From Bacterioplanoides sp. (GTDB lineage: Bacteria > Pseudomonadota > Gammaproteobacteria > Pseudomonadales > Oceanobacteraceae), in contig NZ_OZ244785.1 in NCBI RefSeq assembly GCF_965219715.1, positions 484,673 to 548,672 of the forward strand: a stretch of DNA of 64,000 nucleotides, written 5' to 3'. The number at the start of each line of letters is the position of its first letter. The first letter of the stretch is position 1. Made by a program: the position numbers and the translations under genes. Under the pieces are notes generated by a model, which worked only from the letters and a program-made list of their open reading frames with translations, ran no database searches and was not told the origin of the DNA. Below, in pieces: positions 52,479 through 61,404 of this stretch.

Positions 52479-53120
52479 ATGACCAATCAATACGATTCAT
52501 CAATTCCCTTTTCTTCAGACAGCAGACCGCCGGTTATACAGAATCATGGTCCTTTGAATGAACGCTATCTCGACCAGATTGAGCGGACCATTGAGAAAGC
52601 TATTCAGTGCCATCCCCGCACAATGGCGGTAAGAGTGGATCTTAGGTTTCCAGCTTGTGCAGCCAGAACGGACAAGTCAGTGATTTCGCGTTTTGTGGAT
52701 TCGCTGAAAGCGCAAATCAAAGCTGACCTTAAAGCTAAGGATCGGGCTGGTAAGCGGGTACATCCCTGCCATCTGCGTTACATATGGACTAGAGAGCAGG
52801 ATTCTGGAGCCCGCCAGCACTATCACGTTCTATTGCTACTGAATCTCGATACCTATCGCGACTTGGGGAGATACGATGCTGCTGGAGGAAATCTGACCCA
52901 TCGAATCCGCTCCGCCTGGGCGAGTGCCATTGGTGTTCCGCTATGTAGGCTTGGTGGAGCAGTTCATATCCCTGATAACCCAATCTATCACCTTAATATC
53001 AACTCTTCTGACTTCGGTGATAGTTTTGACGCGTTGTATTATCGAACCAGTTATTTTGCAAAGCAGAAGACTAAGCAGTACGGGGCGGGCGTAAGGCATT
53101 TTGGATGCAGTTCGAGATGA
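52479..53120 (+). CDS. Inovirus Gp2 / YagK-YfjJ family protein (HUH-motif)
   Basis: AVRVDLRFP, YIWTRE, HYHVLL and SYFAKQKTK motifs. Confidence 0.85.
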   Translation: MTNQYDSSIPFSSDSRPPVIQNHGPLNERYLDQIERTIEKAIQCHPRTMAVRVDLRFPACAARTDKSVISRFVDSLKAQIKADLKAKDRAGKRVHPCHLRYIWTREQDSGARQHYHVLLLLNLDTYRDLGRYDAAGGNLTHRIRSAWASAIGVPLCRLGGAVHIPDNPIYHLNINSSDFGDSFDALYYRTSYFAKQKTKQYGAGVRHFGCSSR

Positions 53121-53217
53121 GGTTTTCAGTAGGGTACTTTGCGAAGGCTGATGAAAAATCGACGTTTATTACTAACTGACCAGATCGCATGTGTTAAGCC
53201 TACTAAGACTAAAAACC

Positions 53218-53424
53218 ATGAAGATCTTAAAACTTAAAGAAGTAATGGACCGCACCGCATTGGGTCGTTCAACTATCTACAAGTACATTGCTGAAGATAC
53301 TTTCCCTAAGCCTATCCCTCTGGGCTCTCGTTCAGTGGGGTGGCTGGAGAGTGAGGTGGATGAATGGATTCTTGCCAGAATTGCGGAGAGGGATGAGGCG
53401 CCTACACCGATGGTGAGCTGCTAG
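53218..53424 (+). CDS. alpA: AlpA family regulator / recombination directionality factor
   Basis: MKILKLKEVMDRTALGRSTIYKYIAEDTFPKPIPLGSRSVGWLESEVDEWI. Confidence 0.92.
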   Translation: MKILKLKEVMDRTALGRSTIYKYIAEDTFPKPIPLGSRSVGWLESEVDEWILARIAERDEAPTPMVSC

Positions 53425-53448
53425 GCAGCTCACTTAAGCCGGTAAGGT

Positions 53449-54264
53449 TTATAAGTTATATCGATGGCGAATAATTCGAACATTCGTGTCGTCACACAAG
53501 TGCTCGGCATCAATATTCAGCACAACATTCAATATCGCCGCCATTGCCTTATTGGAAAACCTGAAATCGTCTGGGAGCTGATTTCCCATCTCGAAGCTCT
53601 TGTCAAAACTAATCACAAAGTCTTTTGCGACTGATTCACGTCCATTTAAAACTTCGTCAGTAAAAATGTAGTGTGTCGGTGAATCTAGAGACTGTTCAAA
53701 TTCTGCAATTGCTGAGACCATTTCGGATCTGTCTGGCCAGTATCGTAGGTCAAATTGTCCTGAGAGCGGCTTAATAGCTTTAGACACGTAGCCTGAGTAG
53801 CGTGGGTTGTTAGAACCCGCAAGCTCCAGCAGTGCAGGTATACTTTGGTAATTAGCACGAGAAAACCCACTTTGCTCATACAGTATCTCCTGCTCTTGAA
53901 GCGCGGCTGATAATTCTTGTGATAGCTCTGAAACCTTATGATCAATTTGCCTTAGTGCCTTTAGCTCGGCCTTCGCCTGATTGACGCTTTCTAGGCTGTA
54001 ATCATGGCCGCTCCAAATATGCTCAAGAATCAACCAAATGGCCTCTTTAGACTCCTGATTGGCAAAAGGGTCTCGAACGTCACTAAAACCGAACCGGGCT
54101 ATTAACTCTTCATAGGCATCAGTCATTTCTTCACTGCGTTCAATCAAGCGGCTCATTGTGTCCCAGGAGGACATCCAAATCTGCTCTGTCTTGAATTCCT
54201 CCAGTTGGCGTTCAATAAAAGCTTTGCAGAAATTAGTAGCTGAAGAGGTTGGTAAGGTACTCAT
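53449..54264 (-). CDS. Island hypothetical protein
   Basis: 271-aa helical ORF with an AAGGA RBS; no recognisable motif. Confidence 0.75.
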   Translation of the reverse strand: MSTLPTSSATNFCKAFIERQLEEFKTEQIWMSSWDTMSRLIERSEEMTDAYEELIARFGFSDVRDPFANQESKEAIWLILEHIWSGHDYSLESVNQAKAELKALRQIDHKVSELSQELSAALQEQEILYEQSGFSRANYQSIPALLELAGSNNPRYSGYVSKAIKPLSGQFDLRYWPDRSEMVSAIAEFEQSLDSPTHYIFTDEVLNGRESVAKDFVISFDKSFEMGNQLPDDFRFSNKAMAAILNVVLNIDAEHLCDDTNVRIIRHRYNL

Positions 54265-54509
54265 TTATCTTTTCCTTTTTAAAATACACAAACCAGAGGG
54301 TATGCAATCGGTTGAGCAGGCTCCGTATCTGAAGTTTTAAAGTTTTCTTGCTTTCAGATACGGTTGGGGCAAAAGTTTCCAATTTGGTTAGTCTAAAGAT
54401 TTAATTTGTGGGTGCTACTTGCTTTGTTGGATGAAAGGAAGTTCGTGCTGAAGTGGGGTGTAAAAGCCTCTTTGAGTGTCGAAGGAAGAAAAAATAAGAT
54501 GAGCTTAAT

Positions 54510-54539
54510 AACCCCTCACTACTTCTGTAGTGAGGGGTT
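54510..54539 (-). terminator. Terminator of the island lipoprotein gene
   Basis: 13-bp perfect stem AACCCCTCACTAC-TTCT-GTAGTGAGGGGTT. Confidence 0.8.
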
Positions 54540-54543
54540 TTCT

Positions 54544-54921
54544 TTATAGGTTTTGATGGCTTGAATACCACTTAGAGCCACGCTGGATAAAGAACAGTCT
54601 GCCCTCTGCTAACTGTGGAGCATATATGTCACGGCCAAAGTACTCTTTGAAACCCTTTGCCTCAAACTTTGCTACATCTTCATCGCTTAGATAATAGGTG
54701 ATAGCGTATTCGATGACGGTGTACTCCTCGTTTTCGATATCCTGGCTGTATTCATTGGTTACTTCCCATTTGTCTACAACATACCCTTGATCCATTTTCT
54801 TGGATTTGCTGAGCATATGAGCTTCTAAAACTTCGTTTGGAATACTGCTACCACAGGCTGCCATGAGTGCAGATAAAAATAGGGCGGAGATTACTTTTAG
54901 TACCGTTGATGGCTTGTTCAT
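54544..54921 (-). CDS. Small lipoprotein
   Basis: ATG at 54921 after AAGGAC; lipobox LMAA-C. Confidence 0.75.
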   Translation of the reverse strand: MNKPSTVLKVISALFLSALMAACGSSIPNEVLEAHMLSKSKKMDQGYVVDKWEVTNEYSQDIENEEYTVIEYAITYYLSDEDVAKFEAKGFKEYFGRDIYAPQLAEGRLFFIQRGSKWYSSHQNL

Positions 54922-55079
54922 TTGATGTCTGTCCTTAAGTTGGATGAGATGTAATACCTGGCCAGTCGTCTTTTTAGGTCGACTCTCTATAGATATTCGC
55001 ATCATTATGTTGGTTTTGATTGTTTGATTCAACAGATCTGTTCGTTTTTGATGGTGAGTTCCGGACTTATATTGCGAGT

Positions 55080-55454
55080 ATGGAAACTCTCAATGACAGT
55101 ACCGACGACAAACGACTTCGAAACCAGGCTTTTGGGAAGCGTCTTAAGGTGTTACGCCAGGCCTCTGGATTCACCCAAGATCAACTTGCGGAGCAGGTTG
55201 GCAAGTCATCTGAAACAATTAGCAAGCTTGAACGTGGGCTTATTTACCCTGGCGTTGATATGCTGATTTTGTTAGCAGAGAAGCTAGACAGTTCGTTAGA
55301 TGAGTTGGTGGGGGTGACCCAGAGCCGAGGGCTTTCCGGCAAGCAAGTTACTCTGTTATCTGAAGCTCATATCGCTTTAAAGCAGATGGATGAAGAATTG
55401 CTCAGTGTTGCACTCAAGCAATTACAGGCGTTGAATACTTTAAGTACGCGTTAA
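55080..55454 (+). CDS. XRE/HTH_3 transcriptional regulator
   Basis: RLKVLRQASGFTQDQLAEQVGKSSETISKLERG; likely ATG at 55080. Confidence 0.88.
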   Translation: METLNDSTDDKRLRNQAFGKRLKVLRQASGFTQDQLAEQVGKSSETISKLERGLIYPGVDMLILLAEKLDSSLDELVGVTQSRGLSGKQVTLLSEAHIALKQMDEELLSVALKQLQALNTLSTR

Positions 55455-55468
55455 ACGATTTTGGTTCG

Positions 55469-56425
55469 TCACGCCACCAGCGCAAGTGCAGCATCAAGAG
55501 CTTTCTTCTTGGTGTTCGCACCATGGCCGAACCAGGCTGAGTCAATACGGTGTTCCGTACTGATAGCTCGCTTCTCGTGATCAACGAACTCCGTAATGGA
55601 ATTCAGTAACCCGTAAGCGGTACGGTGTGCTGACTCCAGCTGTGAGCCTCTGCCATTGCCTTCAAACAAATTGATGGCTTTTGCGATAGAGTGCTTTCCA
55701 GCTGATTCTACTCCTGCATACTGAGGTGGAATAAGAACCTTATGGTAGAAATCTCTGGCCTCTTTTAAAGAAACCTTTCGCTCACTCAGTGTTTTCATTT
55801 CATATATAAAGTTATCCCAGCCAGAGACAGAAATACCGAGTTGCTTCTTCACAGCTTCTGGATCGAATTTAGTACTGTGTGGGATTTTGACTGCGCTTTC
55901 TTTATCTTGAGATAGAGAAATTGCCAGAGTGTTGTTACATACAACTCGAACGCTGGTGAATTGAGCTGTAGTGGCCATCGTGCCGTCACACGCGGTAGCT
56001 AATAGCACATAGCCGTTGGTTACATCATTGCCCTTCAAGCTGGTGGATTGGCCTGTACGAGCTAATGCCCAGATTTTCTTACCTCCCTTGAGTACTCCGG
56101 CTGTTTCCAGCTCAAAACCGGATACCTCGGTCAGGTCTCGATAGAATTCGAGGATCTCCCGTGGTTGAACGACGTTATACCGTTGTCCAACTACAGATAG
56201 TGCATCACCAGTATCAGAACGATAGAGCACGGTTTTGTCTTCGAATGAACCGAGAGAATCAGTTTCAATACCTGTATTGAACAGCACAGGGCTACGATTA
56301 ATTTCCCAGTTTAACCCGGCCTTATCTGCCCAGAATTCTAACGGCATACCTTTTTCTAAGCGGGTACCCAGTTCATGCCAAGGCATTTCACCGACGTATG
56401 CCATGCTTTCTACTAAATGAGACAT
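55469..56425 (-). CDS. DUF932 family phage/plasmid-like protein
   Basis: MAYVGEMPWHELG, YNVVQPRE, FTSVRVVCNNTL and TAYGLLNSITEFVDH. Confidence 0.88.
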   Translation of the reverse strand: MSHLVESMAYVGEMPWHELGTRLEKGMPLEFWADKAGLNWEINRSPVLFNTGIETDSLGSFEDKTVLYRSDTGDALSVVGQRYNVVQPREILEFYRDLTEVSGFELETAGVLKGGKKIWALARTGQSTSLKGNDVTNGYVLLATACDGTMATTAQFTSVRVVCNNTLAISLSQDKESAVKIPHSTKFDPEAVKKQLGISVSGWDNFIYEMKTLSERKVSLKEARDFYHKVLIPPQYAGVESAGKHSIAKAINLFEGNGRGSQLESAHRTAYGLLNSITEFVDHEKRAISTEHRIDSAWFGHGANTKKKALDAALALVA

Positions 56426-56449
56426 ATTAGTTTCCTCTAATGTATGGTT

Positions 56450-56791
56450 TTATGCGCAGGTGCTGAATTCATGCCAGCAAGAATTGCAGAGATAATTATC
56501 GAGTACTTTTTCGTCGATAGTTTTACCGACGGCAGCTCCGGTGGTCCCACCGGTAGCAGCACCAAGTAGACCTCCGATAATGGCACCGCCAATACCTCCA
56601 ATTACTGGCCCGCCTGGGCCTGCGATCACGCCCACTTTCATTCCTATTTGGGCTCCGGTGTAAGAAGCTTTGGCACCCCCTATAGCACCGGCAGCGGTAC
56701 CGATTTTTCCTGCAAGTTTACGAGCGGTGTTTTTTGTATGAACTGAATCTGACTTGCATTTTGGGCATAGTGTCATGTGTGTTTTCTCCAT
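56450..56791 (-). CDS. Small Zn-ribbon / glycine-zipper membrane protein
   Basis: CPKC and CNSC flank a GxxxG-rich hydrophobic segment. Confidence 0.7.
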   Translation of the reverse strand: MEKTHMTLCPKCKSDSVHTKNTARKLAGKIGTAAGAIGGAKASYTGAQIGMKVGVIAGPGGPVIGGIGGAIIGGLLGAATGGTTGAAVGKTIDEKVLDNYLCNSCWHEFSTCA

Positions 56792-57197
56792 ATTTACTGA
56801 GGGTAGAGGCTAATTCCTCTATTCGGGTTAGTAATATGGAACTGAAATTTCTTAGAACACGGAATAGTAATAATGTCCCGATTTTTCTCGAATAGGCTAA
56901 GCGAGTGCCCAGAAGAATTACTTATAATCTTTATGTGGGCGATAGAGGTTAAAACCACAGTGGTTTCTGCATAGAGGTTTAGATATGTGATGCTGAGAAT
57001 TTACCGAAGACATGTTATTTGACTCGGCTGGTGTCTATCCGAAAAATATTCAGAATAGTGATATTGTCGTATGTGTCTCGGGTATTTTCCCTTAATAATA
57101 AAGATTATTAATTGATACCTTGCGTTTTTACAGGGGTGTTCTACGCTGGATTAACGAAAGGATTGTAAGCACATGTAACTCAGCACGGATGGCGAGT

Positions 57198-57767
57198 ATG
57201 TTAGATCTGGCTTTACAGCTAATAAAGGATTCTCTTGATCGGTTCCTGTCCAATTTCTTCTCATTGGAGGAGGGAGTTGTCGTCATTAATCGCATCATCG
57301 ATCAGGACGGAAAGCGTCCGGCGGGTAACAGCAATAAGGTTATTCTTTGCCTGATCAATCTTTCGCAAGAAACTAACAGTCAATATTATAATCGGCCTGC
57401 CGCAGCAGTTGACGGTAGTATGGTATCAACTCAGCCAGCTATGTACTTCAATATGGAATTACTGTGTGTCGCTGACTTTGATGAGTACGATGAAGCCCTT
57501 CGTTGTCTCGGTGCTATCCTGAGTTTCTTTCAAAAAAATCCCTCTTTATCATTAAATAGCAGCTCGGATTCTTTTAACGACAAAAATCAGTTACGCCTTG
57601 ATATTGAGTCAGAGTCTTGTTTCAACATGCATAATCTTTGGAGCTCTATTGGCGCTAAATATCAGCCATCTGTCGTTGTTCGTGCCAGTCATATCACTAT
57701 CGATGGCGATGTAATTAATCACCGTAGTCACGGGGTGCGAAGAGCTGAGGTATCTGCTCATGGATAA
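57198..57767 (+). CDS. eCIS cap/terminator protein (DUF4255, Pvc16/Afp16-like)
   Basis: VILCLINLSQE, ALRCLGAILSFFQKNP and LWSSIGAKYQPSVV; first gene of the tail cluster. Confidence 0.8.
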   Translation: MLDLALQLIKDSLDRFLSNFFSLEEGVVVINRIIDQDGKRPAGNSNKVILCLINLSQETNSQYYNRPAAAVDGSMVSTQPAMYFNMELLCVADFDEYDEALRCLGAILSFFQKNPSLSLNSSSDSFNDKNQLRLDIESESCFNMHNLWSSIGAKYQPSVVVRASHITIDGDVINHRSHGVRRAEVSAHG

Positions 57768-58617
57768 CCGAACTCCTTTAATGAGCCTTCGTTTCTGCCA
57801 CCGTTACTTTGGAGCATCATTCCTCAAACATTTTGAATGCCTGTGTGATGCATCAACTTTGTCTCTTTTTAATCAGTATGGGTTGGTGGTTCGGACGTAC
57901 AAGGAGTCCGGAGATTGCACTTGTATCGGGATTTATTCTTTAGGTGACTTTCCTCAAGGCTTACTCATTTCAAGGTTGGATGAGCTGTTAGGGAAGGAAG
58001 CTCTTGTATTTAATATCTGCGGGGATTCATCCATCTATTATGCAGCAACGGACCTAGGTGATGACAAGCCAAAGAGCCTTGTTTTTAGCAATAAAATTAA
58101 ATCAGATAAGCCTGTTGATGCTAATGATTCTGAGAGCTCAAGGACACTAAGTAGTGAAGTTTTACCTGGTTTCAAAAGCGATTTCCTGCTGCGGGTAGAG
58201 ATATTTCCACACATTCTGAAAGAAGATGTTATGCGTGGGTTTAATACATACTCTGTGCAAATCTCTGAGCGAAAGTTACCGAGATTCTATTACGTTGAAA
58301 ATCAGGGGCGTATTCGTCAGCAGTCTATCAGTATTCTCTCGTCGGAAGGTTTTAAATTTCATAGTGAAGAATGCAGTGAGCTAATAAACGGAAAAGAGTA
58401 TCGCGTATTACATTCCGGGTATGTTGCTATGCCGTTGGTTACTTCCGAGGGTGAAACACTATCGTTAGTAGCCGAAGATCCTGAAGACCCAGTTACAGGG
58501 CATGTAAGAAGAGATACGCTGATTAAAAATTTACCGGACCCGATATTGGGAAATTTTTCTGTAAGAAAAAATAATGGGAAGGCACATGCATGCTGCGACA
58601 TGTTTGTGTATGTCTAA
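57760..58617 (+). CDS. eCIS-associated hypothetical protein (candidate cap adaptor)
   Basis: Overlaps the DUF4255 gene by 8 bp and precedes the sheath; N-terminal LRFCHRYF motif. Confidence 0.65.
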   Translation: MDNRTPLMSLRFCHRYFGASFLKHFECLCDASTLSLFNQYGLVVRTYKESGDCTCIGIYSLGDFPQGLLISRLDELLGKEALVFNICGDSSIYYAATDLGDDKPKSLVFSNKIKSDKPVDANDSESSRTLSSEVLPGFKSDFLLRVEIFPHILKEDVMRGFNTYSVQISERKLPRFYYVENQGRIRQQSISILSSEGFKFHSEECSELINGKEYRVLHSGYVAMPLVTSEGETLSLVAEDPEDPVTGHVRRDTLIKNLPDPILGNFSVRKNNGKAHACCDMFVYV

Positions 58618-58649
58618 CCATTTAAGTCATATTAACAGAGGGCAACAGG

Positions 58650-60230
58650 ATGCCAGGCACAGCTAAAACTCCAGGTGTTTATATAAACGAAGCAAACGGA
58701 TTTCCTAATTCCGTAGTACCGATAGCGACAGCGGTACCGGCTTTTATTGGATATACACCGAAAGCTGAATACGAAGGGAAATCGTATCGAAATAAAGCGC
58801 AGAAAATTTCTTCTTTCTCCGAATTTAAAGCCATATACATGCTGGAAGATCCTGCGCTGCCAGCCGACCCGGTTAAGCAATACCAACCGGAGTATTACCT
58901 GGTTCCTCAGAAAGTGAAGCCAGAAAGTGGCGATTATGTCGCTATCGGAGGCAAGTATTATTCAGTGCTGCCAGATCCGACCACAATTTACTATATGTAT
59001 AACGCAATACGCTTGTTTTTCGAAAACGGTGGTGGTGATGCTTACATTGTTTCAGTCGGCGGTTATGGTGATATCGCAGGCAAACCAATGGATAGTAAAG
59101 ATACCCATATAGTAAACCCAAATGTCCAGTTAGCAGATTTAAAGAAAGGTCTGGAACCATTGATGTTCGAGCAAGAGCCGACGATGTACTACTGCCCGGA
59201 TGCGACTCTTATGCCTGCCGATAAAAACGGAACTGTTATGCAGTTGATGTTGTTACAGGCGGAAAAAATGCAAACGGTGGTTTGTCTGTTTGATGTTATT
59301 GGAGGACGTGCACCTGATCCGGTGATGTTCCCGAATGATATTCAGAACTTCCGTAATAGTACTGGGTCCCAGGGACTTAAGTATGGAACCGCTTATTATC
59401 CTTTCGTTAATACCACCATCATGGGAGCAGGAGAAATAGACTTTACGTCTCTGTTTGGTGGTGATGTCAGTAAGTTAGCGGATATTATTAACCCTTCCGG
59501 AAGCAGCGACCCAGTGTCAACCCAGTTACTGGAAATGATTGAGAGCCCTAAATCTCATGATATGACGAATAAGCAGCTGCATACGGCTTTAATGAATGCT
59601 AATAAACATTACGCCTTGATTATAAAGCACGCAACAAATGACGCTAACGTCCTACCACCATGTGGTGGTATGGCAGGAATTTATGCCGTGAATGATCAGG
59701 AAAAGGGCGTTTGGCATGCACCAGCTAATGTCAGCATGGTTGGCGTTTCAGGTTTACCACTGCTCCTTAACGATCATCAGCAGGAAGATCTGAATGTTGA
59801 TGCGATTTCAGGGAAATCCATCAATGCGATTCGTTTTTTTAACGGCCAGGGCATTCTGGTCTGGGGGGCGAGAACGCTGGATGGTAACAGCGAGGATTGG
59901 CGCTATGTCTCCGTCAGGCGCACGATGACTTTTCTGGAACAGTCGGTAAAACTGGCAGCCAGGGCGTATGTGTTTGAACCCAATGATGCAAATACATGGT
60001 CGGCTGTAGAATCTATGATTAGTGGGTTTTTAACATCGATTTGGAAGGAAGGTGGGTTGCAGGGAGCATCGGCGGCCGAAGCATTTCAGGTTGAAATCGG
60101 TTTGGGCTCGACCATGACAGCGGAAGACCTGTTAAACGGCTATATGAATATTACAGTAAAGGTTGCTGTTGTACGGCCGGCTGAATTTATTGAAATTACT
60201 TTCCAACAAGAAATGGCAAAATCTGGCTGA
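58650..60230 (+). CDS. Contractile tail sheath protein (Afp2/3/4-like)
   Basis: TPGVYINE..TAVPAFIGYT, GVWHAPAN, VWGARTL..WRYVSVRR and VRPAEFIEITF. Confidence 0.95.
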   Translation: MPGTAKTPGVYINEANGFPNSVVPIATAVPAFIGYTPKAEYEGKSYRNKAQKISSFSEFKAIYMLEDPALPADPVKQYQPEYYLVPQKVKPESGDYVAIGGKYYSVLPDPTTIYYMYNAIRLFFENGGGDAYIVSVGGYGDIAGKPMDSKDTHIVNPNVQLADLKKGLEPLMFEQEPTMYYCPDATLMPADKNGTVMQLMLLQAEKMQTVVCLFDVIGGRAPDPVMFPNDIQNFRNSTGSQGLKYGTAYYPFVNTTIMGAGEIDFTSLFGGDVSKLADIINPSGSSDPVSTQLLEMIESPKSHDMTNKQLHTALMNANKHYALIIKHATNDANVLPPCGGMAGIYAVNDQEKGVWHAPANVSMVGVSGLPLLLNDHQQEDLNVDAISGKSINAIRFFNGQGILVWGARTLDGNSEDWRYVSVRRTMTFLEQSVKLAARAYVFEPNDANTWSAVESMISGFLTSIWKEGGLQGASAAEAFQVEIGLGSTMTAEDLLNGYMNITVKVAVVRPAEFIEITFQQEMAKSG

Positions 60231-60284
60231 TTAAAATCATTCTGATTTCGTTTTATTATTTGATTCAACAAAAGGAACATTGTT

Positions 60285-60746
60285 ATGGCTGATGATGGTA
60301 GCAAAGAAGGCGCAACCTGGCCCATGCCGAAATTCCGGTTCGAAGTGGACTTGGGTAAAGAGTTAAAGGGTATTGCATTTCAGGAAGTTTCCGGAATGGA
60401 GAAAGAAGTGCAGGTTATTGAATACCGAAAGAGCAATAGTAAGTTATTTTCTGTTGAGAAAATGCCGGGAATTGCAAAATACGGTAATGTGACGATGAAA
60501 CGTGGTGTTTTCGTAAAAGACAATCGATTCTGGAAATGGATGAACGAAATAAAAATGAACACCATTAAGCGGCGTACTGTGATGATAAAACTATTGGATG
60601 AGAATGGAAAAGTCACTGTTCAATGGACGCTGCACAATGCTTGGCCGACTAAAATTTCCGGAACTGATCTTAAGTCGGATGATAGTTCTGTCGCTGTCGA
60701 TACACTAGAAATTGCTCATGAGTATATGACGGTGAAGAATGCCTGA
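60285..60746 (+). CDS. Tail tube protein (T4 gp19-like, Afp1)
   Basis: KFRFEV..FQEVSG, KMPGIAKYGNVTMKRG and AWPTKISG. Confidence 0.95.
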   Translation: MADDGSKEGATWPMPKFRFEVDLGKELKGIAFQEVSGMEKEVQVIEYRKSNSKLFSVEKMPGIAKYGNVTMKRGVFVKDNRFWKWMNEIKMNTIKRRTVMIKLLDENGKVTVQWTLHNAWPTKISGTDLKSDDSSVAVDTLEIAHEYMTVKNA

Positions 60747-61185
60747 TTTTCTGTCTGGATTTTATTTCACTGTTCAGGCTCTGGATCCGGTAAACTTCTT
60801 TGAAGCCGACTTCAAGGAAATTTCCGGTCTTGAGAAAGAAATGAAGACTGAAGAAGTTGTCTGTGGCGGTGAAAATCGTTTCAAATACAAGCTGCCCTCT
60901 GGATCTTCTTATAATAATTTAATTCTTAAGAGAGCGGTTGTCTCAAAATCATCAGGCCTTTTAGATTGGTGTAGTAGCGTAATTGATGGTGGCCTGACGA
61001 AAGCTATCTGTACCAAAGATATACAGGTTCAGCTGAAGAATTCTGACGGAAAACCTGCGCTTTGCTGGACCTTTAAATCAGCCTACCCAATCAAATATTC
61101 TTCCAGTGACCTTAATTCTCAGGAAGGAAGCTTACTTGTTGAAACTATAGAGTTAGCGTATCTGTACTTTGATATTAAAAAATGA
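60739..61185 (+). CDS. Second tail tube protein (gp19-like, Afp5)
   Basis: FKEISGL, GGENRFKYKLP..YNNLILKRA and AYPIKY. Confidence 0.93.
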   Translation: MPDFLSGFYFTVQALDPVNFFEADFKEISGLEKEMKTEEVVCGGENRFKYKLPSGSSYNNLILKRAVVSKSSGLLDWCSSVIDGGLTKAICTKDIQVQLKNSDGKPALCWTFKSAYPIKYSSSDLNSQEGSLLVETIELAYLYFDIKK

Positions 61186-61227
61186 CAGGCATGATCCTGT
61201 TTATAATCTCTTGGTGGAGAAAATATA

Positions 61228-61392
61228 ATGACTGTTGAGATTCGGGAAGTTGTGATCAAAACAGAAATCAAGACCCGTGAAGAGGTTGGTTCGATTTCGC
61301 AGCAAGAACTTCGCAGGCTTAAACATAATATTGTTCGGGAATGTATGAGCCGGATAAGTAAAAAGGCGACCACAGGCTTTCGTAGTCGGTAA
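61228..61392 (+). CDS. 54-aa eCIS protein (DUF5908/Afp6-like), missing from the ORF track
   Basis: MTVEIREVVIKTEIK..LKHNIVRECMSRI with a GGAG RBS, between tube and LysM genes. Confidence 0.75.
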   Translation: MTVEIREVVIKTEIKTREEVGSISQQELRRLKHNIVRECMSRISKKATTGFRSR

Positions 61393-61404
61393 TAAGGTGA
61401 AGGT

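Noticed and set aside
51085-57197. LexA (SOS) box controlling the island or eCIS
   Set aside because: No CTGT-N8-ACAG match seen in the intergenic regions inspected by eye.
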